Shown: positions 1 through 7,962 of the stretch, piece by piece
Numbering within the stretch: position 1 is the first letter of the stretch
Layout: each line of letters starts with the position of its first letter
Origin: Candidatus Kaiserbacteria bacterium
Lineage (GTDB): Bacteria; Patescibacteriota; Minisyncoccia; Phycocordibacterales; UBA2100
Assembly (NCBI GenBank): GCA_019247335.1
Contig: JAFAPB010000070.1
Location: 1-50,805, forward strand
Reading direction: 5' to 3'
DNA length: 50,805 nt
Program-made: the position numbers and the translations under genes
Notes under the pieces: model-generated
Database searches by the model: none
The model's input: only the letters and a program-made list of their open reading frames with translations
Told to the model about the DNA's origin: nothing

Positions 1-472
1 GGACAGGTGATGCATGGCTGTCGTCAGTTCGTGGTTTGAATCGTTCCCTTCAGTGGGGTAACGAACGCAACCCTCGTTGCCAGTTACAAGTGTCTGGCGA
101 GACTGCCCCCTCACGGGGGAGGAAGGTGAGGATGACGCCAAGTCAGCATGTCCCTCTGATGTCCTGGGCTGCACACGCGCTACAATCGCCTTTACAAAGG
201 GACGCAATGCTGCGAAGCGGAGCAAATCCCCAAAAGAGGCGCCAGTTCGGATTGGAGTCTGCAACCCGACTCCATGAAGCCGGAATCGCTAGTAATCGCG
301 GGTCAGCCACACCGCGGTGAATACGTTCTCAAGCCTTGTACTCACCGCCCGTCAACTCAGGGAAGTTGGGAGTGCCCGAAGCACATCCTCGCGATGTACC
401 AAGGCAAACTCAATGACAAAGAGTAAGTCGTAACAAGGCACGGGTAGCGGAAGCTGCTCGTGGATTCATTCA
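1..472 (+). rRNA. rrs: 16S rRNA, 3'-terminal ~470 nt (gene begins upstream of the window; roughly E. coli 1040-1542 equivalent)
   Basis: Universal 16S blocks are readable: GCATGGCTGTCGTCAG, AACGAACGCAACCC, GGAAGGTGAGGATGACG, GCTACAATCG, GGATTGGAGTCTGCAACCCGACTCCATGAAGCCGGAATCGCTAGTAATCG, GGTGAATACGTTC, CACCGCCCGTCA, AAGTCGTAACAAGG. These are followed by a perfect 10-bp helix 45 (CACGGGTAGC-GGAA-GCTGCTCGTG, 441..464). Compensatory substitutions (e.g. the 1409/1491-equivalent pair is A-U) suggest a functional but very divergent rRNA. The exact 3' end is uncertain by a few nt. Confidence 0.9.
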
Positions 473-647
473 AAATTGAGAAGGTTCTGCCCATCGGGTA
501 ACTGATGGAATCGGAACTTGATCGTCGATTCGTGTGTCTCGATCGAGCACGCGACGGGAAATTGTATTCATCCCTAACTGATACATGACGCATCGGGAAA
601 GACCGATGGTTTGGACGGAACAAAAGAGTGTAAATCTGTGTGTAAGC

Positions 648-682
648 AAAAAGCGCCGACCCTTATGGGCACGGCGCTTTTT
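648..682. terminator. Bidirectional intrinsic terminator between the 16S and the convergent HEPN gene
   Basis: AAAAAGCGCCG - 13-nt loop - CGGCGCTTTTT. The GC stem is flanked by an A-run on one side and a T-run on the other, so it can terminate transcription from either strand. Confidence 0.7.
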
Positions 683-714
683 GCTTTAACGCGTTTAACC
701 CGTTTGTCGTGAAG

Positions 715-1176
715 CTAGAATTCCCAGTTATCTTGACTGTTAGGAAATCCAAATGCTTTCACAACGAAGTTCACGTCAGTAAGAAATTCTGCAACAGTCC
801 TAGCGTTCAAGACTATCTCCTTCGTATAATCCACTCTGTGAAGAACAATTTCCTCCTTATTCTTTTTTATCTCGTAGTAACTCCAATGAGCGACTGCGTT
901 TCTAAATCGTTGGATCGAACGTAATGCTTGCTTAATCTTTGCGTAGTGCTTTAGTCGTTTGAAGTACCCGATATTTTCAAATAGTGAAATCTTCTTGTCA
1001 AAGCCGAAGGACTGAGAGTCTAAAATCAAAGCGTGAAAAGCCGACGCGCGGTGATTTGTTTTAGGGAAGAAATATAATCTTATTGTCCAGTCCAAGGCTA
1101 TTTCTACGGCAATAGCATCGGAAATAATATTTGCCCGACACTTTAATAATTTTTCTAGTGCTTTTTCTTTGTTCAT
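715..1176 (-). CDS. HEPN-motif protein (Rx4H: R92-NAVA-H97), Abi/DUF4145-like putative RNase; no partner gene
   Basis: 153-aa ORF in a visibly AT-richer segment. It carries ...LRSIQRFRNAVAHWSYY..., matching the HEPN RNxxxH catalytic motif. It is bracketed by hairpin terminators at 648..682 and 1257..1286. The family assignment rests on this motif alone. Confidence 0.55.
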   Translation of the reverse strand: MNKEKALEKLLKCRANIISDAIAVEIALDWTIRLYFFPKTNHRASAFHALILDSQSFGFDKKISLFENIGYFKRLKHYAKIKQALRSIQRFRNAVAHWSYYEIKKNKEEIVLHRVDYTKEIVLNARTVAEFLTDVNFVVKAFGFPNSQDNWEF

Positions 1177-1256
1177 AACTATGTCTCAATATTAGCCTCG
1201 CCGCACGGCAGCGACCCAAGTAGTGGACTCTACGAGTGCTAAGCAGCTCGAATTTT

Positions 1257-1286
1257 CGCCCGGCCATGAGTGCCGGGCGCTTTTTT
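1257..1286 (+). terminator. Orphan plus-strand intrinsic terminator
   Basis: CGCCCGGC-CATGAGT-GCCGGGCG followed by TTTTTT. There is no plus-strand gene upstream of it. Confidence 0.5.
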
Positions 1287-1314
1287 GGAATTATCTGATT
1301 GGTATACTTGATGC

Positions 1315-1794
1315 ATGAATATACCTAAAAATACGATTTGTTTGTGGTACGAGAAGGATGCGCAAGCGGCAGCGGAGTTTTATGCGGCGACTTTCCCGGA
1401 TAGCAAGGTGGGAGATATTTTCCGCGCGCCCACCGATTTCCCGGGCGGCAAGGCAGGCGATGTGCTGACGGTCGAATTCACGGTGGTCGGGATCTCGTGC
1501 GTCGGTCTCAACGGCGGGTCGTTCTTCAAACAGAGCGAGGCGTTCTCTTTTATGATTGCGACCGAAGACCAGGCGGAGACCGACAAATACTGGGACGCGA
1601 TCGTCGGCAACGGCGGCAAAGAAAGTGATTGCGGCTGGTGCAAAGACAAATGGGGAGTCTCGTGGCAGATCACGCCCCGCACATTGCTGGAATCCCAGAA
1701 AGCGGGCGGCGACGAGGCGAAGCGCGCGTTCGAGGCGATGCTCACGATGAAGAAGATAGACGTCGCCGCTATTGATAAAGCGCGGAAGGGATAA
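1315..1794 (+). CDS. VOC/glyoxalase-superfamily protein, PhnB-like / '3-demethylubiquinone-9 3-methyltransferase' domain type
   Basis: 159 aa. Family-typical sequence: ...CLWYEKDAQAAAEFYAATFPDS...LTVEFTVVGISCVGLNGG...CGWCKDKWGVSWQI... A TGgTATACT box ends 6 nt before the ATG. Confidence 0.8.
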   Translation: MNIPKNTICLWYEKDAQAAAEFYAATFPDSKVGDIFRAPTDFPGGKAGDVLTVEFTVVGISCVGLNGGSFFKQSEAFSFMIATEDQAETDKYWDAIVGNGGKESDCGWCKDKWGVSWQITPRTLLESQKAGGDEAKRAFEAMLTMKKIDVAAIDKARKG

Positions 1795-1795
1795 T

Positions 1796-2227
1796 ATGGC
1801 CACGATAAATCCGTGGATCAATTTCAACGGCAATGCCGAAGAGGCGTTTACATTCTATAAATCGGTATTCGGCGGTGAATTTGGAGAACTCATCCGCATG
1901 AAGGATCTCAAATGGGACGGCTACCACGTGCAGGCAGAAGATGCCGAGAAAGTCTGGCGGATCACGTTGCCCATCGGCAAAAATATATTGATAGGCAACG
2001 ACGTGCCGACAATGCTCGGGCGAGTAAGCGAAGAGGAAAACAGATCAAAAATTGCGGTGAGCGCGGAAAGCCGTGAGGAAGCAGAGAGCCTCTTCAACGG
2101 CCTTTCCGTGGGCGCGACGGTGGAAATGCCCATGGCAGAGAGTCCATGGGGTACATGGTTCGCGATGTTTCGAGACAAATACGGCATCGAGTGGACGGTG
2201 GAATTTGACCCGAACACAAAGAAATAA
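1796..2227 (+). CDS. VOC/glyoxalase-superfamily protein (PhnB-like)
   Basis: The ATG at 1796 lies 1 nt after the upstream stop. Sequence MATINPWINFNGNAEEAFTFYKSVFGG...SPWGTWFAMFRDKYGIEWTV is typical of PhnB-like proteins. Confidence 0.8.
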   Translation: MATINPWINFNGNAEEAFTFYKSVFGGEFGELIRMKDLKWDGYHVQAEDAEKVWRITLPIGKNILIGNDVPTMLGRVSEEENRSKIAVSAESREEAESLFNGLSVGATVEMPMAESPWGTWFAMFRDKYGIEWTVEFDPNTKK

Positions 2228-2278
2228 AAGGCGCGAGCTCCGGTGAGTCGCGCCAGTTTTATGGATGGGGCGTTGTCG

Positions 2279-2599
2279 TCAGACGAATTCCTCCAGTGGA
2301 ATCAGTCGAGGGTTCGCGGCGATGGCACGGGCGCCATACTCAAGTCCGAACCGTCGTCCTTTGTCCGTCAGTTTGTAGAAATGGCACGGTCCTCCGCCTA
2401 CTCCTTTCGAAGACGCGGCGTATCCGGCATCTTCGAAGAACCCGACTTCGACCAGCTTCTTGAGCAGCCCGTAGTAATATCCGCTTCTCTTCTCCTTCGG
2501 GTCGAATTGAAGCGGGTAGACCTTGTTGTCCTCGGCCGTCATCGCCGTGCCGATAACCATCAGAACGTGATACGGCGACCATGAGTTTTTTCCGCTCAT
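2279..2599 (-). CDS. Hypothetical small protein, possibly winged-helix DNA-binding
   Basis: I chose the internal ATG at 2599 (106 aa). The longer ORF would run across the divergent promoter region of the 2691 gene. GAGGA sits 5 nt upstream. Function is not established. Confidence 0.45.
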   Translation of the reverse strand: MSGKNSWSPYHVLMVIGTAMTAEDNKVYPLQFDPKEKRSGYYYGLLKKLVEVGFFEDAGYAASSKGVGGGPCHFYKLTDKGRRFGLEYGARAIAANPRLIPLEEFV

Positions 2600-2690
2600 T
2601 TCGATCCTCGCTTTGCACGGCAATTTCAGCCGGATTAGCAATATGTCTCTGGTGGCCTGAAAACGCAAGTATTTTGATAGACTAGCCCTC

Positions 2691-3260
2691 ATGCAGAAAG
2701 GGGACGTTTTGACGTGCGAAAGTCAAAAAGAATTTGAGAAATGGCTTGCGAAGCATCATGCCACCTCGAAAGGCGTGTGGCTCCGATTCTTCAAAAAGCA
2801 TTCCGGCAAAAGGAGCTTCACGTATGGTGAGGCGCTCGACATAGCGCTCTGCTACGGCTGGATCGACAGTCTGGTGAATAAATACGATGCGGATTCCTAC
2901 ATTCAGAAGTTCTCTCCGCGCGGGCCTAAAAGCGTGTGGTCCAAGAGGAATCGAGAACACGTCGCACGCCTGATCAAGGCGAAGCGGATGAAGGCGGAAG
3001 GACTTGGGCAGGTAAAGGCTGCCAAAAAGGATGGTCGCTGGGACGGAGCTTATGACTCTCCGGCCAATATGAAAATACCGGCCGACTTTACGGCGGCGCT
3101 CCGCAAAGATAAAAAAGCGAAAGCGTTTTTCGACACGCTCAACCGCGCGAATCTCTATGCGATTGGCTGGCGTCTCCAGACGGCCAAAAAGCCCGAGACG
3201 AGAGCGAAGCGCATGGCCGCGATCCTCGCGCAATTAAAAGCGGGCAAGAAATTCCATTAG
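2691..3260 (+). CDS. YdeI/OmpD-associated family protein (DUF1801-related)
   Basis: 189 aa. Family-typical sequence: ...WLRFFKKHSGKRSFTYGEALDIALCYGWIDS...RANLYAIGWRLQTAKKPETRAKRMAAIL... Confidence 0.8.
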   Translation: MQKGDVLTCESQKEFEKWLAKHHATSKGVWLRFFKKHSGKRSFTYGEALDIALCYGWIDSLVNKYDADSYIQKFSPRGPKSVWSKRNREHVARLIKAKRMKAEGLGQVKAAKKDGRWDGAYDSPANMKIPADFTAALRKDKKAKAFFDTLNRANLYAIGWRLQTAKKPETRAKRMAAILAQLKAGKKFH

Positions 3261-3263
3261 AAT

Positions 3264-3665
3264 ATGATTATGGGAAAGAAAAGATCAGAGATCGTTCCCG
3301 GCGGCGTTGCGGAATATATCGCGAAGTGCCCCAAGGCGGTGCAGCCCACATTGAAGCAAATTCGCGCTGCCATCCGAGCGGCCGCCCCGAAAGCAACGGA
3401 GACAGTGAGCTACTTTCAATTTCCCGGCTATCACTATCCCGGTGAATACGCATACAACGGCATGGCCGCATGGTTTAGCTACAAAAAACCGTTCGTGCGG
3501 CTGCACATCTGGCCGGTAGTTATCAAGGCGCACAAAAAAGAACTCGCGATGTACAAGACCTCGGTCGGGGCGATCTATTTTCCCGAAGATAAGAAAATCC
3601 CGTCCGCGCTCATAAAAAAGCTCGTGAAAGAAAGCGTCAAGGTGACAAAAGCGAGCGCAAAATAA
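3264..3665 (+). CDS. DUF1801 (YdhG-like) domain protein
   Basis: 133 aa: ...VAEYIAKCPKAVQPTLKQIRAAIRAAAPKATETVSYFQFPGY... The second ATG at 3270 sits exactly 6 nt after a TAGAAT box and may be the real start. Confidence 0.75.
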   Translation: MIMGKKRSEIVPGGVAEYIAKCPKAVQPTLKQIRAAIRAAAPKATETVSYFQFPGYHYPGEYAYNGMAAWFSYKKPFVRLHIWPVVIKAHKKELAMYKTSVGAIYFPEDKKIPSALIKKLVKESVKVTKASAK

Positions 3666-3670
3666 ACTCG

Positions 3671-4936
3671 CTATTTCGCGGTCGAGAGAAGCGCGGCGGC
3701 GCTCCAGGCCTGGATGCGGCACGCGCCGCCGGAGCCGTTCTCATGCTTGTACTCGCGAAATCTCCCGCGCGTGAATCCAAAAAGCTCGATCGGCGTCGCA
3801 TAGTGCTGATAGGCGCGCCGAAGTGCTTCGCGCAGGCGCTCTCCATCGGCGGCGTATCCGAAATTATCCAGTCCCGCCGCGACGATCGCAGTGTCGTGCG
3901 GCCAGATCGAGCCGTTGTGATAACTGACGGGATCGAAGCGCGACGAGCGCGAGGAGAGCGTACGGATGCCCGCGTGCGGCACGAAAAGGTCGCGCGCCAT
4001 GAGGCGCTCAGCGATCACGGGAATATACTTCTCGTCGAGCACGCTCTCATGCTTGCCGCCCGCGCCGCGCCAGGTCGCCCACAAGACGTGGCCCATCGAA
4101 GAGCGCGGTGAGACGAGCGGCTTTCCCTCGCCATCGATCGCGAAGGCGAGCGAGGGGCCCTTGCCGCGCTTCACGACGAAACGGCTGTTGAAGACATCCT
4201 TGATTGCGAAAGCCCGCTCGGCAAGGGTAGAGGCGAGCATGTGATCCCGCGGCGCGAAGTAATCGCTCCATGCGCGAAGCGCGGCAAAGGCGTACGCTTG
4301 CGCTTCAAGCGGCGCGATCGGGTAAAGAGGTCGCACATCGCTTTCCTCGAAGAAAACAGATTCCACGCTATCCATCCAGCTCTGCGTCTTGAGGCCCCCG
4401 TGCTTTCGGTCGGGGTGGAAGGTGTAATCGATAAGCCCGTCGCCATTGGCGTCGCCGCGGTCGAGAATCCATTGCAGCGCCGCATAGATGGAGGGCATAA
4501 GCGACTCAATGACCTCGTCCTTGCCGCTTGCACGCCAGTATTCGTAGACGGTCAAGAGGTAGAGCGGCGTCGCGTCGACCGTATCGTAATTGCGCATCAC
4601 ATTGTCGGGGTAGAGGTACCAGGGCGTATGCGAGAGGGCAGTCAGGTGCTCGTGACCGCTCGGCCGCCACTCATGAATCATTTTGCCGGGCTCTTCGCCG
4701 CTTTCGATGTTGATCTCTTTGCCCTGCAGCAGCGCGAGGTTCCGGAGGATCTTCTCTACTAAATAAAGAAAGTAGGGATCGGAGCGTCGTTCATGAACGC
4801 GCAGGAGAAGAAGGCTCGTGATCAGAGAATCGCGGCCGAAGATGCAGCCATAAATTTCCTGCCGCGATGACGCGAGGATGCCGTGCTCCGTTTCGAGTTC
4901 CTTGATGCTCTTCAGTCCCAATTCCCAGAAATCCAT
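3671..4936 (-). CDS. Amylo-alpha-1,6-glucosidase / glycogen-debranching-enzyme C-terminal-domain (GDE_C) family protein
   Basis: 421 aa. Family-like segments: GILASSRQEIYGCIFGRDSLIT, DATPLYLLTVYEYW, EAQAYAFAALRAW, YHNGSIWPHDTAIVAAGL. Confidence 0.8.
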   Translation of the reverse strand: MDFWELGLKSIKELETEHGILASSRQEIYGCIFGRDSLITSLLLLRVHERRSDPYFLYLVEKILRNLALLQGKEINIESGEEPGKMIHEWRPSGHEHLTALSHTPWYLYPDNVMRNYDTVDATPLYLLTVYEYWRASGKDEVIESLMPSIYAALQWILDRGDANGDGLIDYTFHPDRKHGGLKTQSWMDSVESVFFEESDVRPLYPIAPLEAQAYAFAALRAWSDYFAPRDHMLASTLAERAFAIKDVFNSRFVVKRGKGPSLAFAIDGEGKPLVSPRSSMGHVLWATWRGAGGKHESVLDEKYIPVIAERLMARDLFVPHAGIRTLSSRSSRFDPVSYHNGSIWPHDTAIVAAGLDNFGYAADGERLREALRRAYQHYATPIELFGFTRGRFREYKHENGSGGACRIQAWSAAALLSTAK

Positions 4937-4961
4937 ACTACGTTAGACGTAGTATAGGCGA

Positions 4962-5999
4962 TTATTTTTCTTCGACTACTTGCGCAAATATTTTTTCGTA
5001 GCCATCTGCCATCTGCGCAACGCTGAAGCGCGAGAGTACGTGCGTGCGACAAGCGGCGCGCGAGATCTCGCCGATGCGCTCGACCGCCTCGATCATCTCT
5101 TCTGTGTCCGAGACGACGAATCCGGTCGTGCCATCAATGATGAGTTCGGGGATCGAGCCCAGATTGATCGCAACGACGGGGCAGCCACACGCCATCGCTT
5201 CAATGATCGCGAGCCCGAAGGGCTCGCGCCAGGTCACCGGGTGGAGAAAGCAGCGGGCGCGGCTCATAAGCTCGTTGCGTTCTTCGTCACCGACCTCGCC
5301 GATGAGCCTGATCTTTTCGGAAAGGTGCGGCTCCACGTACTCTTTAAAATACGGACGATCCTGCGCGTCGACCTTGCCGGCCAGAATGAGCGGCATATCC
5401 AATTCCTGCGCGACCTGTATCGCGATATGCGTGCCTTTTTGCATCGAGATGCGCGCGACGAAGAGGAGATACTCTTCCGCTGTTTCATGGAAAGGCGAGC
5501 CTTCGAGCGGGAGGCCGTGATAGACAGTGCCGATGTGGTTGAGATCGCCGAATCCGTGCACCTGCGCCTTGGAGATCGAGACGATGTGCGGCTTCCGCAT
5601 CGCCTGAAAGAGTCGCTTGTTCACCGTATTGAATGCGCCGTGCATCGTCATGACGACCGGCGTCTCCGCGAGATTCGCCGCGGGCAAGCTCAAGGGCGCG
5701 AGATGGTCGTGGATTATGTCAAACTCCTTCTGCCTGCTATACGCCTCGCCGAGGTGGAGCAGCGTGTATTCATTGGAGCCGTAGAGATCGCGCACTTTTC
5801 CTTCGCGTAGTCCGCGTGGATACACAGATGAGAGCCGGGCGCTCGTCTGCGAATCGCCGGTCGCAAAAAGCGTGACCTCGTGGCCGCGACGGACGAGCTC
5901 GTCGGTGAGCGCGTGCACGACGCGCTCGGTCCCGCCGTACATCTTGGGCGGGACGCGCTCCACGATGGGCGCGAGTTGGGCAATACGGAGCGGGCGCAT
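4962..5999 (-). CDS. Glycosyltransferase family 4 (GT-B, group 1)
   Basis: 345 aa: MRPLRIAQLAPIVERVPPKMYGGTERVVHALTDELVRRGHEVTLFATGDS... and C-terminal EPFGLAIIEAMACGCPVVA. Confidence 0.85.
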   Translation of the reverse strand: MRPLRIAQLAPIVERVPPKMYGGTERVVHALTDELVRRGHEVTLFATGDSQTSARLSSVYPRGLREGKVRDLYGSNEYTLLHLGEAYSRQKEFDIIHDHLAPLSLPAANLAETPVVMTMHGAFNTVNKRLFQAMRKPHIVSISKAQVHGFGDLNHIGTVYHGLPLEGSPFHETAEEYLLFVARISMQKGTHIAIQVAQELDMPLILAGKVDAQDRPYFKEYVEPHLSEKIRLIGEVGDEERNELMSRARCFLHPVTWREPFGLAIIEAMACGCPVVAINLGSIPELIIDGTTGFVVSDTEEMIEAVERIGEISRAACRTHVLSRFSVAQMADGYEKIFAQVVEEK

Positions 6000-6173
6000 A
6001 GCGGCACAGTATGCGCCTCCTTTCTGAAGATTAGAGGAAGGCCGTAAAGTGGCATGAAATCTTCATTTTTGTTACTATCGCACCTACTCGCGCTTGTAGC
6101 TCCGGTGGATGATACATCTGCAAGAGTAGATACTAGTGCACAATAGAGTTACGTAGTACGGTAGTTTCGCGAC

Positions 6174-6248
6174 GCGCTTGTAGTTCAGTGGTAGAACGCT
6201 GTCCTGATAAGACAGAGGTCGTAGGTTCGATTCCTACCAGGCGCACCA
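6174..6248 (+). tRNA. tRNA-Ile (anticodon GAU), CCA encoded
   Basis: Manual cloverleaf: acceptor GCGCTTG/CAGGCGC, D stem GTTC/GAAC, anticodon stem CTGTC/GACAG with loop CTGATAA, T arm GTAGG-TTCGATT-CCTAC, then discriminator A and CCA. Confidence 0.9.
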
Positions 6249-6284
6249 TTTCCGTTTTTAGGTGAAGTCTGTCATCATTCCTCA

Positions 6285-7601
6285 ATGAACTACAGGGTCG
6301 TCGGCGGCAGGAAGCTCTCGGGTACGGTCGAGACCAACATCTCCAAGAACGCGGCGGTCGCGCTTCTCGCGGCGTCGCTTCTCAACCGTGGGAAAACTAT
6401 TTTGAAGAAAATGCCCCGCATCGAAGAGGTGAAGCGCCTCCTCGAGACCATGCAATCGATGGGTGTTGAGACAGAGTGGCAAGAGAACGGCGATATCCAT
6501 ATCACGCCTCCCGAGCGGCTCGATCTTTCCAATATCAATCGTGCCGCAGCCGAGCGCACGCGCTCGATCGCGCTTTTCATCGCACCTCTCGCACACCTCA
6601 TCGACTCATTTGAATTGCCCGCGCCCAAGGGCTGCAATCTGGGGAAGCGAAGCCTCGGCTCGCATATCGACGCGCTCGCGCGCCTCGGCATAAAGATTGA
6701 GGGCAACGAAGAGGCGCATACGTATCACGTAGAGACCGACATCTCCAAAGGCGCGGCGCGCTCGACCGAGGTCATCATGTACGAAGCCTCCGACACCGGC
6801 GTCGAGAACGTGCTCATGGCGGCGGCGAAGATCCCGGGGCTAACGACGATCAAATTCGCCTCAGCCAATTACATGGTGCAGGACCTGTGCGTCTTTCTGC
6901 AGGCATGCGGCGTGCAGATCGACGGCATCGGCACCTCGACGCTCATCGTGCATGGCGTGAAAGATATCAATATCGAAGTCATCGGCTACGCATCGGAGGA
7001 TCCTATCGAATCAATGTTTTTCATTTCGCTCGCCGCGACGACGCAATCCGAGATCTCGATCTCGCGCTGCCCGTACGATTTCATTGAGCTCGAGCTCTTT
7101 ACGCTCGGACACATGGGGCTTGATTACAGCGCATCCGAGCCGTACCGCGCGGAGAACGGTCACACCATCCTGCGCGACATCATTTTGAAGCCCTCAGAGC
7201 TGCGCTCCGCGCCGGAAAAAATTTCGCCGCGTCCGTATCCGGGCATCAACATCGACAACCTGCCGTTTTTTGTGCCGGTCGCCACGCAGGCGAAGGGGAC
7301 GACGCTTATCCACGACTGGGTCTACGACGGTCGCGCACATTGGTATCTCGAAATGAACCATCTGGGCGCGAATGTCGACTTGCTTGATCAGCATCGCGTC
7401 GCGATCAAAGGACCGACGCCGCTTTTTGCGTGCGATATTACGGCACCGCCCGCGCTGCGCCCGGCGACTCTGCTGCTTATCGGCATGATGGCTGCGGAAG
7501 GGGAATCCACGCTTTTTGATGTGTATCCCATCAACCGCGGATACGAGAATTTGCACGAGCGACTCTCCAAACTCGGCGCCTCCGTCGAGGCCGTGGAATA
7601 G
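6285..7601 (+). CDS. murA: UDP-N-acetylglucosamine 1-carboxyvinyltransferase
   Basis: 438 aa with an EPSP-synthase-fold signature: G..LSGTVETNISKNAAVALLAASLL...; a Cys-containing loop PKGCNLGKRSLGSHIDAL; C-terminal DRGYENLHERLSKLGA. Confidence 0.85.
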   Translation: MNYRVVGGRKLSGTVETNISKNAAVALLAASLLNRGKTILKKMPRIEEVKRLLETMQSMGVETEWQENGDIHITPPERLDLSNINRAAAERTRSIALFIAPLAHLIDSFELPAPKGCNLGKRSLGSHIDALARLGIKIEGNEEAHTYHVETDISKGAARSTEVIMYEASDTGVENVLMAAAKIPGLTTIKFASANYMVQDLCVFLQACGVQIDGIGTSTLIVHGVKDINIEVIGYASEDPIESMFFISLAATTQSEISISRCPYDFIELELFTLGHMGLDYSASEPYRAENGHTILRDIILKPSELRSAPEKISPRPYPGINIDNLPFFVPVATQAKGTTLIHDWVYDGRAHWYLEMNHLGANVDLLDQHRVAIKGPTPLFACDITAPPALRPATLLLIGMMAAEGESTLFDVYPINRGYENLHERLSKLGASVEAVE

Positions 7602-7603
7602 CC

Positions 7604-7632
7604 TTGCAACAGTACGGTATTTGTTGTACCGT
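7604..7632 (+). promoter_or_regulatory. Putative sigma70-type promoter of the csp gene (TTGCAA-17 nt-TACCGT)
   Basis: The hexamers and spacer were read directly. The spacer also forms an ACGGTA/TACCGT hairpin. This promoter implies a ~30-nt leader containing GAGGGAA. Confidence 0.4.
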
Positions 7633-7670
7633 GCGGCACCCAACTGGGCAACCTGAGGAGCTTGAGGGAA

Positions 7671-7880
7671 ATGGCGACAGGAAGTGTGAAGTTCTTCAAT
7701 GGCGAACGCGGTTACGGTTTCATCAAGCCGGACGACGGCGGGCGCGATATCTTCGTGCACATCACCGCCGTGGAGCGGGCGGGCATGAAGTCGCTGTACG
7801 ACGGACAGCGTTTGTCCTTCGACACCGAACCCGACAAGAAGGGCAAGGGACCGAAGGCCGTGCGTCTCGAGTCGATCTGA
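7671..7880 (+). CDS. Cold-shock protein, CspA family
   Basis: MATGSVKFFNGERGYGFIKPDDGGRDIFVHITAV carries the RNP1/RNP2 motifs. The ATG at 7671 is preceded by GAGGGAA. Confidence 0.9.
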   Translation: MATGSVKFFNGERGYGFIKPDDGGRDIFVHITAVERAGMKSLYDGQRLSFDTEPDKKGKGPKAVRLESI

Positions 7881-7904
7881 TCCGATCGACCAGGGGCGAA
7901 GGCG

Positions 7905-7937
7905 CGAGGCGGACGCATGTGCCGCCTCGTCTTTTTT
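7905..7937 (+). terminator. Intrinsic terminator after csp
   Basis: CGAGGCGG-ACGCATGT-CCGCCTCG followed by TCTTTTTT. Confidence 0.7.
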
Positions 7938-7962
7938 ATTGCTCGCATATACAATTGCCGCG

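Noticed and set aside
36-623. ORFs 36..320(+), 77..277(+) and 357..623(-) in the first 620 nt
   Set aside because: They lie inside or directly after the 16S rRNA sequence. Conserved rRNA blocks and helix 45 explain this DNA, so these are not coding.
6000-6030. AAAGGAGG upstream of the GT4 gene start (5999, minus strand) as a Shine-Dalgarno site
   Set aside because: It lies ~17 nt from the ATG, which is too far. A CATACT -10-like box 8 nt from the ATG fits the leaderless pattern better.
6087-6173. A second tRNA gene upstream of tRNA-Ile
   Set aside because: Only the first ~18 nt resemble a tRNA 5' end. No D, anticodon or T arms can be drawn.
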